The translations under genes and the position numbers were made by a program. Of a stretch of DNA of 64,000 nt, positions 1 through 11,731 are shown one piece after another (the first letter of the stretch is position 1; the number at the start of each line of letters is the position of its first letter). Below the pieces are notes generated by a model. That model saw only the letters and a program-made list of their open reading frames with translations, had not been told where the DNA came from and did not search any database. The DNA comes from Candidatus Rokuibacteriota bacterium (GTDB lineage: Bacteria; Methylomirabilota; Methylomirabilia; Rokubacteriales; CSP1-6): contig JACPIQ010000008.1 in NCBI GenBank assembly GCA_016188005.1, positions 128,484-192,483 of the forward strand, given 5' to 3'.

Positions 1-826
1 CCTGGAGCATCTCCGACAGGTTCCGGATCCAGAAGTCGTCCTCCTGGTAAGCCTGCAGCCGGTGGCGCTGGCGGAGGAGCTGCCGCATCTCCTCCTCCAC
101 CGCCTTCATGTTCTCCCCGTCGCGGACTCGCACCGTGATGACATTCACCGAGTCAGCCTTGGGCTGGGAGGGGCCCAGCACGCGTTTCTTCGCCGTGGTG
201 AGCGGGATCACGACGGTGTCGTCCTGGTCCTGCCCCCAGTTGCTCTGGCCCTTGCGCTCGAGGACGCCGATGATCGTCAGGGGTGTCTCGCGGACCCGGA
301 TGACCTGGCCCACCGGGTCCCCGCCCTCGAAGAGGTTGGCGACCACGGTCTGCCCCACCAGGACGACCTTGGCGGCGGCCTCCACCTCCTCCTGCGTGAA
401 CCAGCGCCCGGAGGCCGCCGCCCACTGCCGCGTCTCCTCGAGGTCGGGAGTCGTGCCCTGGATCACCGAGGCCCAGTTCTGGTTGCCGACGATCACCTGT
501 CCGGTGCCCCGGCGGACGGGCGCCACGGACTGGACGGCCGCCAGCTCGCGGGCCACAGCGCGTGCGTCGCCCTCGGTGATGGTCGGGCGGCTGCCCAGGC
601 CCATGCGGATCCCGCTGGACCAGACGCTGCCCGGCAGGATGATGATGAGATTGGAGCCCAGCGCGCGGATCTGCTCGGCGACGCGCTGCTGCGCCCCGGC
701 GCCCACCGAGACCATGGCGATGACGGCGCCCACCCCGATGATGATGCCGAGCATGGTCAGCACGCTGCGGAGCGGGTTGGCGCGGAGCGCCCGCAGCGCG
801 ATCCGCGCGCCGACCATGATGTTCAC
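1..826 (-). CDS. MacB-like ABC transporter permease (runs off the left window edge)
   Basis: Manual translation from GTG at 826 gives [46 protein letters not shown], a typical MacB/FtsX N-terminus. GTGA overlap with the ATPase stop. Confidence 0.9.
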   Translation of the reverse strand, partial: MNIMVGARIALRALRANPLRSVLTMLGIIIGVGAVIAMVSVGAGAQQRVAEQIRALGSNLIIILPGSVWSSGIRMGLGSRPTITEGDARAVARELAAVQSVAPVRRGTGQVIVGNQNWASVIQGTTPDLEETRQWAAASGRWFTQEEVEAAAKVVLVGQTVVANLFEGGDPVGQVIRVRETPLTIIGVLERKGQSNWGQDQDDTVVIPLTTAKKRVLGPSQPKADSVNVITVRVRDGENMKAVEEEMRQLLRQRHRLQAYQEDDFWIRNLSEMLQ

Positions 827-1572
827 GCCGCGGCCTCCTCGGCCTGGGCCGTGGGCAGCTGCCTCGCCTCCGCCTCGGCATCGCGCGGGTCCGCGATGCG
901 GGCGTCGCGCCCGAGGACGCCGTCGCGAAAGTGCAGGATGCGGCCGGCGTACTGCGCGATGTCGGCCTCGTGGGTGACGAGCACGATGGTGATGCCCTGG
1001 CGGTTCAGGTGCTGGAGCAGCGCGATGATCTCGACGCTCGTCCGGGTGTCCAGGTTCCCCGTGGGCTCGTCGGCGAGGATCAGGGAGGGGCTGTTGACGA
1101 GGGCGCGGGCGATCGCGACGCGTTGCTGCTGCCCCCCGGAGAGCTGGCTCGGCTGGTGATGTTCCCGGTCGGCCAGCCCGACGGCGCGGAGCTTCGCCCG
1201 CGCCCGCTCGCGCCGCTCCGCGGCGGGGATCCTGCCGTACATGAGCGGCAGCTCCACGTTCTCCAGCGCGCTGGCGCGCGCCAGCAGGTTGAAGCCCTGG
1301 AAGACGAAGCCCACCTTCCGGTTCCGGATGCGGGCGAGCTGGTTCACGCCGAGCCTCGAGACGTCGTCGCCGTCAAGGAGATAGCGCCCCGACGTGGGGC
1401 TGTCGAGGCAGCCCAGCAGGTTCATGAAGGTGGACTTGCCGGAGCCCGAGGGGCCCATGACCGCCACGAACTCGCCCGCCTCGACGGTGACCGTGATGCC
1501 CCGGAGCGCGTGGACCGTCTGGCTGCCCAGCCGGTAATCCTTGGCGAGCTTCGCCGTCTCGATGATCGGCAT
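823..1572 (-). CDS. ABC transporter ATP-binding protein (LolD/MacB-type)
   Basis: C-terminal part of ORF 823..4746, from MPIIETAKL. Walker A GPSGSGKS, signature LSGGQQQRV, Walker [12 protein letters not shown]. Confidence 0.93.
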   Translation of the reverse strand: MPIIETAKLAKDYRLGSQTVHALRGITVTVEAGEFVAVMGPSGSGKSTFMNLLGCLDSPTSGRYLLDGDDVSRLGVNQLARIRNRKVGFVFQGFNLLARASALENVELPLMYGRIPAAERRERARAKLRAVGLADREHHQPSQLSGGQQQRVAIARALVNSPSLILADEPTGNLDTRTSVEIIALLQHLNRQGITIVLVTHEADIAQYAGRILHFRDGVLGRDARIADPRDAEAEARQLPTAQAEEAAA

Positions 1573-1577
1573 GGCCG

Positions 1578-3257
1578 CTAGAGCCGTGCCCGCGGGGCGG
1601 CCCCGGGCGACTGTACCGGTCTCGGAGCGGAGGGGGCGACCCCGCCCGGGGTGACGGCCCCCACGATCACCTCCTGGCCTTCCTTGAGCTCGCCCCCGTG
1701 CACCTCGGTGGCCGTGCCATCGCTGATCCCGAGACGTAGCGTGACCGCGCGCGGCTTTCCCTCGGCGCCCACCACCCAGACCCGTCCGGCTCGCTCGCCG
1801 CCGCCGGCCCTGGCGGGCTGGCCCGAGGGCAGCTGGTCGTAGACGGTTTGCTGCTCGGGGTCCAGCAGGGCGCGGACCTTCTGCCGGCTCTCCTCGCGGA
1901 TGCGGAGAGCGGCCGTGCGCCGCTGTTGCTGGGGGACGCGCGCCAGCGCCCGGAACTGGGCGTAGCTCTCCTCGAGGATCGGTTCCAGCCTCCTCTGCTG
2001 CTCCTCGTTGAGCTTGAGCTCGCGAAGCAGCCGCTCCCGCGTCTGCTCGATGGTGGGAAAGCCGCCACCCTGCGCGGACGGGCCGCTGCCGGGGGCTCCC
2101 AGGGGCGCCTGGGCGGGGGCGGGAGCCTCCTCGCCCGGCGGGCGGAAGCGGAGCGCCGCGTTGGGGACCTTGACGACGCCCGACCGGGAGTCCACGACGA
2201 TGCGGACATTGGCCGTCATCCCGGGCAGGAGCTTCTGCTCCGGGTTGTCCACGGCGACGACCACGTTGTAGGTGACCACGTTGGCGATCGGTCGGGGCGC
2301 CTTCCGGATCTGAACCACCTGGCCGGCGAAGGTCTCGGTGGGGAAAGAGTCCACGGTGAAGGTGACGCGCTGGCCCACCTGGGTGCGCCCGATGTCGGCC
2401 TCGTCCACGTTGGTGTCCACCTGCATCTTGGTGAGGTCCTGGGCGATGTTGAAGAGCGTGGGGGCGGAGAGGCTGGCGGCGACCGTCTGTCCCACGTCCA
2501 CGTTGCGCGCGACCACCACGCCGTCCACGGGGGAGCGGATGGAGGTGTATTCCAGGTCCACCTGGGCCTGCTGGAGCACCGCGCGCTTCTGGCGGACCGT
2601 GGCCTCCGCCGTCTTCACCTGGGCCTCCGTGACCTTGAGCTGGGCCGCCGCCGCACGGATGGCTGAGGCCAGCGCCTGCTCCTGGGCCCGGGCGGAGTCG
2701 AGCTGGGCCGCCGCCGCGTCGTGCACCGCCTGGGCCGTGTCCAGCTCGCTGCGGGCGATGAGCTCGCGCTTGAAGAGGTCCCGCTTGCGGTCGAGATCCC
2801 GCCGGCCGTCGAGCAGGGTGACCTCCGCCTTGGCCGTCTGCGCCCGGGCCGAGGCCAGCGCCGCCCGGGCATTGTCCACATCGGCACGGGCCCGCTCGAC
2901 CTGGGCCCGCTGGTTCAGGACGCCGGCCTCGACAGCCTCCACGTCGGCGCGCGCCTGGCTGACCTTCGCCTCGAAGGTGGAGGGGTCGATCCGTGCGATG
3001 AGCTGGTTGCGCTTCACCTGCGAGTTGAAGTCGACGAACAGCTCTTTGACCTGGCCGGAGACCTGGGAGCCCACCTGGACGGTGATGACCGGGTTGAGGC
3101 TCCCCGTGGCCGACACGGAGGCGACGAGGTTCCCCCGCGTGACGGCGGCCGTCCGGAAGCGAAGGGCGCTGCCGCCGCTCTGCGAGTAGAGGTAGGCCCC
3201 GGTGATCCCCGCGGCGGCGACGAGGATGCCGAGGGCCAGGCCGAGCCGGCGCTTCAT
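1578..3257 (-). CDS. Efflux periplasmic adaptor subunit (MacA/HlyD family)
   Basis: N-terminal TM helix, VQVGSQVSG, long coiled coil, [27 protein letters not shown]. Confidence 0.9.
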   Translation of the reverse strand: MKRRLGLALGILVAAAGITGAYLYSQSGGSALRFRTAAVTRGNLVASVSATGSLNPVITVQVGSQVSGQVKELFVDFNSQVKRNQLIARIDPSTFEAKVSQARADVEAVEAGVLNQRAQVERARADVDNARAALASARAQTAKAEVTLLDGRRDLDRKRDLFKRELIARSELDTAQAVHDAAAAQLDSARAQEQALASAIRAAAAQLKVTEAQVKTAEATVRQKRAVLQQAQVDLEYTSIRSPVDGVVVARNVDVGQTVAASLSAPTLFNIAQDLTKMQVDTNVDEADIGRTQVGQRVTFTVDSFPTETFAGQVVQIRKAPRPIANVVTYNVVVAVDNPEQKLLPGMTANVRIVVDSRSGVVKVPNAALRFRPPGEEAPAPAQAPLGAPGSGPSAQGGGFPTIEQTRERLLRELKLNEEQQRRLEPILEESYAQFRALARVPQQQRRTAALRIREESRQKVRALLDPEQQTVYDQLPSGQPARAGGGERAGRVWVVGAEGKPRAVTLRLGISDGTATEVHGGELKEGQEVIVGAVTPGGVAPSAPRPVQSPGAAPRARL

Positions 3258-3290
3258 GGGTGTCAGACGCCCCGCGGCGGGCGCATATTC

Positions 3291-4700
3291 CTAACGGCGT
3301 CCGAGGGCCCGCTCGAGCCGGGCGATGGCGATTCGGTAGTCCGCGAGGGCCTGTGCCTCCACCGATTGGGCCCGGGTGAGCGCCAGCTGGGCATCGGTGA
3401 GCTCGATGATGGTCCCCACGCCGGCGTCGAAGCGCCCCTGGCCGAGCCGGAAGTTCTCCTGAGCGGACTCCACGGCCTTGGCGGCCGCGCCGATCCGCTC
3501 CTCGGCCTCGGCGAGGCTGACGTGGGCCTGCTCCACCTGCTGCCAGATCGACAGCTCCGCGTCGCGGATCCGCGCCTGGGCGGCATCCCGGGCCGCCAGC
3601 GACTCCCGGTACCTGGCGATCTTGTTGCCGCCGTCGAAGATGCTCCAGTTCAGCTGCACGCCGAAGCTGTAGATCTCGTTCATGTCGGCGCGCTGGGCGC
3701 CATAGGTACCGCTGCCCACGACGTTGGGGAAGAAGTCGCGGAAGGTCTGCCGGGCGGTGGCGTCGGCGGCCTCGAACCTCGCCCTGGCCTGCCGGTACTC
3801 CGCCCGGCGGCTGAGGGCCTCGGTCACGAGGGCCTCCCGGTCCAGCTTGAACACCTCGTAGGCGAGGATGTCCTTCACGCGGGTGGGCGCGTTGATCGCG
3901 ATGCCCATGGCGGTGTTGAGCGCGATGCGCGCCAGGCTCACCGCGTTCTGCGAGCGGATGAGGTCCACCCGCGCGTTGGCCACGTCCACCTCGGCCCGGG
4001 TCACGTCGAACTTGGGCCGCGTCCCCACCTCGAAGAAGCCGCGCGCGCTGCGGAGGTTCAGCTCGGCGCGGTCCACGGCCTGGGCGTTGACGACGACCAG
4101 GCGGGCGGCGAAGAGCTGGTTGAAGTAGGCCTCCTTCACGGCCAGGGCGATCAGGTCCTTCTGCAGCTCCACGTCCTGCCGCGAGGACTCGGCGCTGGCC
4201 TTGGCGGCGTCGGTGGCCGCGAAGGTCTTGCCGAAGTCCCAGAGGAGCTGCGAGGCCGTGATGCTGGCGGTGGTGGAAAGCGAGTGGGAGGTGACGGTCA
4301 CCGTGCGCCGCATGGACAGCGGCACATCGGCGGTGGCGCTCGGCGTGCTCTGGCTCACGGTCTGGTTCTCGAAACCGTTCCAGAGCCCGCTCAGCTGCGG
4401 CAGCAGCGGCGACAGCGCCTGCGCCACCCGCTGCTGGGCCGCCAGGTAGTCGCCGATCCGCGCCAGGATCTGCGGCTGGTTGTCGAGCGCGATGGCCACG
4501 GCCTCCTCGAGGGTCAGCTCGCGCTCGGCGATCTGCGGGGGGGTGGCGAAGGGGCGCAGCCCGGCCGGGGCGGGCAGGGGCTCCCGCGGCTTCATGGGAT
4601 CGGCCGCCGTGGGCTGCGCGGCGGCGACCCCCGGGCAGAGCGCCAGCGCCAGCAGGAGCCCCGTCAGAAGGCGGGGGGCGCGGGGGCGGAAGGCAGTCAT
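3291..4700 (-). CDS. TolC-family outer membrane efflux protein
   Basis: Signal peptide, [15 protein letters not shown], two OEP-like repeats, C-terminal [16 protein letters not shown]. Confidence 0.9.
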   Translation of the reverse strand: MTAFRPRAPRLLTGLLLALALCPGVAAAQPTAADPMKPREPLPAPAGLRPFATPPQIAERELTLEEAVAIALDNQPQILARIGDYLAAQQRVAQALSPLLPQLSGLWNGFENQTVSQSTPSATADVPLSMRRTVTVTSHSLSTTASITASQLLWDFGKTFAATDAAKASAESSRQDVELQKDLIALAVKEAYFNQLFAARLVVVNAQAVDRAELNLRSARGFFEVGTRPKFDVTRAEVDVANARVDLIRSQNAVSLARIALNTAMGIAINAPTRVKDILAYEVFKLDREALVTEALSRRAEYRQARARFEAADATARQTFRDFFPNVVGSGTYGAQRADMNEIYSFGVQLNWSIFDGGNKIARYRESLAARDAAQARIRDAELSIWQQVEQAHVSLAEAEERIGAAAKAVESAQENFRLGQGRFDAGVGTIIELTDAQLALTRAQSVEAQALADYRIAIARLERALGRR

Positions 4701-7700
4701 GCGGTCTCTCCTTGGGGGGCCAGTGACCCGGAAGCTTCCCCGACACGGCGCGGGAAGCGCGTCTCGAGCATAACGTAGAGCGTCGGGATCAGGATGAGCG
4801 TGAGCACGCTGGACACCGCCAGCCCTCCGATGACGGCGCGGGCCAGGGGCGCATTGGCCTCGCTCCCCACGTCGATGCCCAGCGCCATGGGGAAGAGCGC
4901 GACCAGTGTCGTGAGGGTGGTCATGAGGATGGGGCGCAGGCGCGTCCGCCCCCCGTTCACGACGGCCTCGAGGAGCCCCTGACCCTGACGGCGAAGCTCG
5001 TTGATGTACTCCACCAGGAGCACCCCGTTGGACACAACGATGCCCACCATCATGATGATGCCCATGAACGAGGTGACGTTGAGCGTCGTGTGCGTCAGGA
5101 AGAGGGCCCAGATGACGCCGATCATCCCCAGCGGCACCGAGAACATGATGATGAACGGATCCAGCAGCGACCGGAACTGGGAGGCCATGACCATGTAGAC
5201 GAGGAGCAGGGCCAGGACGGCGGTGAACCGGAGGCTGCCGAAGGCCTCGCGCTGTTGCTGGGTCTGGCCGCCCAGCTGGAGCGAGAACCCCGGGGGCAGA
5301 GGCAGGGCCTGCAGACGCTCCTCGATCTCCGCGGACAGCGTGCCCAGGTCGCGCCCGGCGGGGTTGGCTGAGATCTTGACGATGCGCTGCTGGTACTTCC
5401 GTTCGATCATCACGGGCCCGGCGCCCTGGCGGATCTCGGCCAGGCTCCCCAGGAGCACCGGTCGGCCACCGTCGCCGAGGACGAAGATGCGGCCCAGATC
5501 CTCCGCCCGCGCGCGGAACTCCTCGTCGAGCTGCACGACGGCGTTGTACTGGTTGCCCGTGCGCGGGTCAGTGAAGACCGAGGGGTTCACGCTGATGTTG
5601 CTGTTGAGCGAGACGAGGGCCGCCTGCGCGATGTCCCGCTGGCTCACCCCCGCCGTGGCCGCCTTCTCGCGGTCCACCACGATGTCGAACTGCGGGTAGT
5701 TCTCCTCGCGGCTCACGAAGACGTCGGCGATGCCGGCGGTCTCCTGCATCGCGGTGACGATCTTTTGGGCCACCGTGCGGGCCTCGCCCAGCTCGTAGCC
5801 CAGGGACTCCACCTCGATGGCCTGCTGGGCGCCGAAGTTCAGGACGCGACTCACGATGCCGCCGAACTGCACCTGGTAGGTGGTGCCCGGGAACTGGCCG
5901 GCGAGCTTGGGCCGGATGGCGGCCACGATGTCGCGGTCGTTGCGCTGACGGCGATCCGGCGAGGCCAGGTAGACCTGCAGCTGCGCCGCGTGCGGGCCGG
6001 TGTTCTGGGAGAAGAGGCCGGAGCGTCCCTGGGGCACGCCCACGGTGGCGACCATGGAGGTGTACTCGCCCGGCCGGAGGGTGCTCCTCACGATGCCTTC
6101 CATCGTCGCGATCAGGCGCTCCGTCTGCTCCACGCGGGTGCCCACCGGCGCGCGCACCCGGATGATGAACTGGCTCTCGTCGGAGGCCGGGAAGAACTCC
6201 GTGCCGATGAGCGGCACGAGCCCGAGGGTGGCGACCAGGACGGCCAGGATGCCGCCCACCACGAGGCGGCGGTGGCCGAGGGCCCAGTGCAGGGCCCGCT
6301 GGTAGACGACGTCCAGGCGCAGGAGCGTGCTGGAGCTCCAGCCGAGAAGCCGGGCCAAGGGGTTCTGGCGTCGGGGCGCGGCCTCCGGAGCCCCCTTGAG
6401 CCAGTGCAGGCAGAGGAGCGGGGTGACGGTCCGCGAGATGAGGAAGGAGGCGAAGAGCGAGCACGAGATGGTGAAGGTGAGGGGAATGAAGAGGAGCCGC
6501 GCCTGCCCCTCGAGGAAGACCGTGGGCAGGAACACCACGATCGTGGTGATGGTGGAGACGAAGATCGGCATGGCCACCTCGCGGGCGGCGTCCAGCACTG
6601 CGAGCCGCCGGGGCTTGTCGGCGATGGCGAGGTGGCGGTTGATGTTCTCCAGCTCCACGATGGAGTCGTCCAGCAGGCGGCCCACGGCCAGCGCGAGCCC
6701 CCCGAGCGTGAAGACGTTGAGCGTCTGCCCGAGGAGGTACATGGCGATCATCGTGAGGAGCAGCGAGAGCGGAATGGCGATGGAGATGATCAGCGTCGAG
6801 ACCAGCGACCGCAGGAAGAGCAGGATGACGAGGAAGGCCAGCACCGAGCCCAGGGCGGCCTCGTGCCACAGGCTCCGGATCGACTGCTTGATGTAGACCG
6901 ACTGGTCGAAGGTGAGGTTGACGGCCACGCCGGCGGGCACCCCGAGCAGCTTCGGCACCACCGCCTTGATCGAGTCCACCACCTCCACCGTGTTGGCCCC
7001 CGGCTGCTTGTTGACCCGGAGATAGACGGCGCGCTCGCCGTTGACGCGGGCGATGGACTGCTGCGTTTCCCACGAGTCGTCCACGCGGCCGAGGTCGCGC
7101 AGGCGGATGGGCGTGCCGCCGCTCCGGCGAACCACGATGCCCTCCATGGGCTCCACCACGGAGAACTGGTTGTTGGTGAAGACGTTGTAGTCGAGCTGGC
7201 CGAGCTTCACGTCTCCCGAGGGGAGGAGGAAGTTGGAGTCGTTGACCGCCCTGGCGACCTCGGTGACGGAGATGGCCTTGGCGTAGAGGAGGTCACGGTT
7301 CAGGTTCACGGTGATCTGCCGGATCTTGCCGCCGTCCACGTTGGCCGAGGCGACGCCCGGTACCCGCTCCAGCTGGGGCTCGATGGTGTTGTAGGCGAGG
7401 TCGTAGAGCTGCTTCTCGTCCAGCCCGCCGCCCGAGACGGTGACGAGGCAGACCGGGATGTTCGAGAGGTCGAACTTGAGGATGAAGGGCTGCTGCACGC
7501 CCGCAGGGAGCGCGTTCATGATCTGCTGGATCCGCTGGACCACCTCCGTGAGCCCGGCGTCCAGATCGTACCCCCACTGGAAGGCCACCTCGACGACGGA
7601 GATGCCCTGCCGCGACCGCGATTCCACGTGACGCACGCCGGCCACGGCCGAGACCGCCTTCTCGATGGGGTAGGTGACCGTCCGCTCCACGTCCTGGACA

Positions 7701-7864
7701 TTCGCCCCCTTGTAGATGGTGCCGATGCGGATGGACGGAAAGTTGATGTTGGGGAAGAGATCGATGGGCGTCCGGCTGAGCGAGGTGGCGCCGAGCAGCA
7801 CGATGGCCAGCGAGGCCATGAGGACTGCAATGCCGTTGCGAAGGGCCAGGAGGGTGAGCCACAT
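4697..7864 (-). CDS. RND efflux permease (AcrB/MdtB-like)
   Basis: 1055 aa. PIDLFP, TM4 [32 protein letters not shown]. Confidence 0.93.
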   Translation of the reverse strand: MWLTLLALRNGIAVLMASLAIVLLGATSLSRTPIDLFPNINFPSIRIGTIYKGANVQDVERTVTYPIEKAVSAVAGVRHVESRSRQGISVVEVAFQWGYDLDAGLTEVVQRIQQIMNALPAGVQQPFILKFDLSNIPVCLVTVSGGGLDEKQLYDLAYNTIEPQLERVPGVASANVDGGKIRQITVNLNRDLLYAKAISVTEVARAVNDSNFLLPSGDVKLGQLDYNVFTNNQFSVVEPMEGIVVRRSGGTPIRLRDLGRVDDSWETQQSIARVNGERAVYLRVNKQPGANTVEVVDSIKAVVPKLLGVPAGVAVNLTFDQSVYIKQSIRSLWHEAALGSVLAFLVILLFLRSLVSTLIISIAIPLSLLLTMIAMYLLGQTLNVFTLGGLALAVGRLLDDSIVELENINRHLAIADKPRRLAVLDAAREVAMPIFVSTITTIVVFLPTVFLEGQARLLFIPLTFTISCSLFASFLISRTVTPLLCLHWLKGAPEAAPRRQNPLARLLGWSSSTLLRLDVVYQRALHWALGHRRLVVGGILAVLVATLGLVPLIGTEFFPASDESQFIIRVRAPVGTRVEQTERLIATMEGIVRSTLRPGEYTSMVATVGVPQGRSGLFSQNTGPHAAQLQVYLASPDRRQRNDRDIVAAIRPKLAGQFPGTTYQVQFGGIVSRVLNFGAQQAIEVESLGYELGEARTVAQKIVTAMQETAGIADVFVSREENYPQFDIVVDREKAATAGVSQRDIAQAALVSLNSNISVNPSVFTDPRTGNQYNAVVQLDEEFRARAEDLGRIFVLGDGGRPVLLGSLAEIRQGAGPVMIERKYQQRIVKISANPAGRDLGTLSAEIEERLQALPLPPGFSLQLGGQTQQQREAFGSLRFTAVLALLLVYMVMASQFRSLLDPFIIMFSVPLGMIGVIWALFLTHTTLNVTSFMGIIMMVGIVVSNGVLLVEYINELRRQGQGLLEAVVNGGRTRLRPILMTTLTTLVALFPMALGIDVGSEANAPLARAVIGGLAVSSVLTLILIPTLYVMLETRFPRRVGEASGSLAPQGETA

Positions 7865-7871
7865 GGAGCGG

Positions 7872-9176
7872 CTAGCCCCCCGTCGCTGGCACGGCGCGGA
7901 CCGTCTGCCCCGGCTTCACGAGGTCCTTGCCCTGGACGATGACCTGGTCGGCCTCGGCGAGCCCGCTGACCACCTCGAGCCAGCCGCCGTCGGCCAGGCC
8001 GACCTCGACGGCCACGGACTGCGCCGCGCCCCCGCGCACGGCCATCACCGAGGGCTTGCCCTCGCCGAGCCGCAGGGCCTCGACCGGGATGACCAGCGCG
8101 GCAGCGCGCCGGTCCACGACCAGGTCCACCCGCGCGAACATCCCGGGCTTGAGCCGCCCGTCGGGGTTGGGGATGTCCACCTCGATGCCCATGGTGCGAC
8201 TCCGCGGATCGAGGTTCTGAACGATCCGGGCGACGCGTCCCGTGAAGACCTCGCCCCTGTACGGGTCCACGCCCAGGCGGACGGCGAGCCCCGGCGTGAC
8301 CCGGGCGATCTGTCGCTCCGGGACCTCGACCTGGACTCTCACGCTGGCGATGTCCTGGAGGACGAGGATCCCGAGGGACGAGGTGTTGGTGCCCGAGGAC
8401 TGAGCGCTGACCGTGGCGCCGGGGTCCAGGTTGCGCTGGGAGACGAAGCCGGTGAAGGGGGCGACGAGCCGCGTGTTGGAAAGGTTGGTCTCGGCCAGGC
8501 GGAGCGTGGCGCGGTAGGTCTCCACCTGCGCCATGGCCAGGCGCACCTGGCTCTCCGAGGTGGCGATCTGGGTCTCGGCGACGAGCAGCTGGGCGTCGGC
8601 CGACTGGACGCTGGCCCGCGAGGACTCGGCCAGCGTCCGCGCATTGTCCCAGTCGGTCGCGGAGACCAGCCCCCGCTCGAACAGGGTCTTCATCCGCTCG
8701 GCCTGGCGGGCGTCGTTGGCCGCCACGGCCCGCGCCCGGCTCAGGTTGGCGCGCTGGTTCTCGAGGCTCGCCCGGTGGCCCTCGAGCGTCGAGCGCGCCA
8801 TCTGCAGCCCCGCCTGGCCGCTGAGCAGGCCGGCCCGCGCCTGCTCCACCTGGGCCTGGAGCTCCTGGTCGTCGATCTCGACGAGGAGCTGGCCGGCGCG
8901 GACGAGATCGCCCCGGTCGGCGTGGATGCGGCGGATGTAGCCCGAGACCTTGGAGAAGATCGCAGCCTGCTGGGCCGGGAGGATATCGGCGGTGGAGGCG
9001 AGCTTCACCTCGAGGTCGCGGCGCGCCGGCGTGATGACCCCCACCAGGGCGTCGTCCCTGGGGTGCTGAACGGCGCGCGCCTGCTGATCCTTCAGCCGGG
9101 AGGCCACGAGAACCCCGAGGATGATCGCCAGGCCCAGCAGGGCCAGGCCGACCCGGTAGCGTCTCAACGGGCCCAC
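7872..9176 (-). CDS. RND efflux periplasmic adaptor (membrane fusion protein)
   Basis: TM anchor, SKVSGYI, RLVAPFTG, LKPGMFARV. Start is GTG 9176 or TTG 9167. Confidence 0.9.
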   Translation of the reverse strand: MGPLRRYRVGLALLGLAIILGVLVASRLKDQQARAVQHPRDDALVGVITPARRDLEVKLASTADILPAQQAAIFSKVSGYIRRIHADRGDLVRAGQLLVEIDDQELQAQVEQARAGLLSGQAGLQMARSTLEGHRASLENQRANLSRARAVAANDARQAERMKTLFERGLVSATDWDNARTLAESSRASVQSADAQLLVAETQIATSESQVRLAMAQVETYRATLRLAETNLSNTRLVAPFTGFVSQRNLDPGATVSAQSSGTNTSSLGILVLQDIASVRVQVEVPERQIARVTPGLAVRLGVDPYRGEVFTGRVARIVQNLDPRSRTMGIEVDIPNPDGRLKPGMFARVDLVVDRRAAALVIPVEALRLGEGKPSVMAVRGGAAQSVAVEVGLADGGWLEVVSGLAEADQVIVQGKDLVKPGQTVRAVPATGG

Positions 9177-9284
9177 GGGCTGCTGGCGGGGCCGGGGGCC
9201 CGGAGGCGGATTGCCCTGCAGTGCCCGCGTCTCCGGGCGGAGGGCAGGAGGCAGTTCATAGGGCTCCCACGACCATGGCCCCCC

Positions 9285-9312
9285 ATTCTAGCCATTCCGC
9301 GGGCCCACGCAA
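9285..9312 (-). promoter_or_regulatory. Putative sigma70 promoter of the efflux operon
   Basis: Minus strand TTGCGT-N16-TAGAAT, an AT-rich hexamer in GC-rich DNA. Confidence 0.5.
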
Positions 9313-9406
9313 ACATCGAAGTTCCCGGGGGAAAACGGCGGGGAGCCCGAGGGCCATGTGCTACGCTTACTCCTGCGTCCCTTTCAGCGGGCGCAGGAGT
9401 CCTTCA

Positions 9407-11713
9407 ATGGACCGTTCCCCGCTAGCCGAGGACAGGCCGGCCAAGACCGGCCGCTGGAGCGAGGCCGCCCTCCGCGTGCTGCGCGAGCGCTATCTCTCCC
9501 GTGACCGGGGTGAGGTGGTGGAGACGCCGGAGGAGATGTGCTGGCGGGTCGCCCGTGCCATCGCCGCCGCCGAGGAGCGCGTCGGACGGAGCGCCGCCGC
9601 GATCCGCGAGGTGGCCGCGGCCTTCTACGACGTGATGGTGGAAGGCCGCTTCCTGCCCAACTCGCCGACGCTGATGAATGCGGGCAAGGGGAACCTGCTC
9701 CAGTACTCGGCCTGCTACGTGCTGCCCGTGGGCGACTCCATGGAGGAGATCTTCGAGTCCGTGAAGGCCGCCGCAATCATCCACCAGTCCGGCGGGGGAA
9801 CGGGCTTCGCCTTCTCGCGCCTCAGGCCGAAGAACGACTTCGTGCGCTCCACGGGCGGGCGGGCCTCGGGTCCCGTGTCCTTCCTCCGGGTGTTCAACGC
9901 CGCCACCGATGCGGTGAAGCAGGGGGGGATGCGCCGGGGCGCGAACATGGGCATTCTGCGCGTGGACCATCCCGACATCCTGGAGTTCGTCGAGTGCAAG
10001 CTCGACGGGGGTATCACCAACTTCAACATCTCGGTGGCGGCCACCGACACGTTCATGGAGGCGCTCGCGCGCGGTGGCGACTACGAGCTGGTCAACCCGC
10101 GTACGGGGCTCGCGACGGGCCGGCTGTCGGCGCGCGAGGTGTTCGACCGCATCGTGCGCGCCGCGTGGCGCACGGGCGACCCGGGGATGATCTTCCTCGA
10201 CCGCATCAACGCCAGTCCCGCGAACCCCACCCCCGAGCTCGGGCTCATCGAGGCGACGAACCCGTGCGGGGAGCAGGCTCTCGGGCCCAACGACGCCTGT
10301 AACCTCGGCTCCGTCAACGTCTCGCGCCTCGTCCGCGAGCCGGCGCCGGAGGGATGGAGCATCGACTGGGACGAGCTGGAGCACGTGGTACGCTTGGCCG
10401 TGCGCTTCCTCGACGACGTGATCGAAGTGAACCCTTACCCGCTGCCGCAGATCGACGCCATGGTGAAGGCCAACCGGCGCATCGGGCTCGGGATCATGGG
10501 CTGGGCCGACCTGCTGTTCACGCTCGGGATTCCGTACGACAGCCAGGAGGCGCTGGACCTCGCCGAGCGGCTCATGGCCTTCGTGAACGACAAGGCGCAC
10601 GATCAGTCGGCGCGGCTGGCCGAGGAGCGTGGCCCCTTCCCCAACTGGAGCCGCTCGAGCTATCGCGCCGGGCGGCCGCTGCGCAACGCCACGGTGACGG
10701 CCATCGCGCCCACGGGCACGATCTCCATGATCGCCGGCTGCTCCTCGGGCATCGAGCCGGTGTTCGCGCTCGCCTTCGAACATCGCGTGAAGGGCGCCGA
10801 CGGCGATCGCGTCCTGCCCTTCGTGAACCAGACCTTCGAGCGCCTGGCGCGGGCGCGGGGATTCCACTCCGAGGCGCTCATGTCCGAGGTGGCGCGCCGC
10901 GGCTCCATCCAGGGCATCCCGGGAGTGGACGAGGCGACGCGGCGTGTCTTCAAGACCGCGCACGAGATCGACGCCCGGTGGCACGTCCGCCAGCAGGCCG
11001 CTTTCCAGCGCCACACCGACAACGGCGTGTCCAAGACGATCAACCTGCCCCAGGAAGCGACGGAGGGCGACGTGGCGCAGGCCTATCTCCTGGCCTGGGA
11101 GGAGGGCTGCCTCGGCATCACGGTCTTCCGTGACGGCTGCAAGGGGACGCAGGTGCTGAATGTCGGGGTGGGCCCGGGCGGGCCGCGCGAGGCGGACACC
11201 TCGCTGCTCGGGGAGCGCGTGGTCAAGCCGCGCCCCCACAGCCTGGCCGGACACACCTACCGGATGGAGACGCCCATCGGGACCGCCTTCGTCACGGTCA
11301 ATGACACCGAGAGCGGGGAGCCCTTCGAGGTCTTCGTGCAGGTGGGGAAGGCGGGCTCCGACACCATGGCGGTGGCCGAGGCGCTGGGACGGCTGGTCTC
11401 GCTGGTCCTGCGGCTGCCCTCGCCGCTGTCGGCGCAGCGCCGGGTGGAGGAAGTGATCAGCCAGCTCGCGCGGATCGGGGGCGGCCAGCCCACGGGCTTC
11501 GGCGCCTCCAAGGTGCTGTCGCTGCCGGACGCGCTGGCGCGTGTCCTGGGCGAGCACATCGGTGACGTCGCCGGTCGCGGGAGCGGCGCGGCGCGCACGG
11601 GACAGCCCTGGGTGCGCCAGGTCGGCGACCTCTGCCGGGAGTGCGGCCAGGCGACGTTCATCTACGAGGAGGGTTGCAAGAAGTGCCTGTCCTGCGGCTT
11701 CAACGAATGCTAG
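9407..11713 (+). CDS. nrdJ: Class II (adenosylcobalamin-dependent) ribonucleotide reductase
   Basis: FLPNSPTLMN, SACYV, RRGANMG, ATNPCGEQ, IAPTGTIS, C-terminal TSCPD-like region and CxxC zinc ribbon. AGGAG precedes ATG 9407. Confidence 0.93.
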   Translation: MDRSPLAEDRPAKTGRWSEAALRVLRERYLSRDRGEVVETPEEMCWRVARAIAAAEERVGRSAAAIREVAAAFYDVMVEGRFLPNSPTLMNAGKGNLLQYSACYVLPVGDSMEEIFESVKAAAIIHQSGGGTGFAFSRLRPKNDFVRSTGGRASGPVSFLRVFNAATDAVKQGGMRRGANMGILRVDHPDILEFVECKLDGGITNFNISVAATDTFMEALARGGDYELVNPRTGLATGRLSAREVFDRIVRAAWRTGDPGMIFLDRINASPANPTPELGLIEATNPCGEQALGPNDACNLGSVNVSRLVREPAPEGWSIDWDELEHVVRLAVRFLDDVIEVNPYPLPQIDAMVKANRRIGLGIMGWADLLFTLGIPYDSQEALDLAERLMAFVNDKAHDQSARLAEERGPFPNWSRSSYRAGRPLRNATVTAIAPTGTISMIAGCSSGIEPVFALAFEHRVKGADGDRVLPFVNQTFERLARARGFHSEALMSEVARRGSIQGIPGVDEATRRVFKTAHEIDARWHVRQQAAFQRHTDNGVSKTINLPQEATEGDVAQAYLLAWEEGCLGITVFRDGCKGTQVLNVGVGPGGPREADTSLLGERVVKPRPHSLAGHTYRMETPIGTAFVTVNDTESGEPFEVFVQVGKAGSDTMAVAEALGRLVSLVLRLPSPLSAQRRVEEVISQLARIGGGQPTGFGASKVLSLPDALARVLGEHIGDVAGRGSGAARTGQPWVRQVGDLCRECGQATFIYEEGCKKCLSCGFNEC

Positions 11714-11731
11714 GTCCGGCGGGGGTGAGGC

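Noticed and set aside
823-4746. Very long ORF-track calls (823..4746, 44985..48950, 49077..52352, 52421..55747) as giant fusion proteins
   Set aside because: Only the C-terminal parts are real genes. The upstream parts are stop-poor shadow frames over other genes.
9407-11713. Intein or intron in nrdJ or dnaE
   Set aside because: Lengths and motif spacing are normal, and I saw no splicing motifs.
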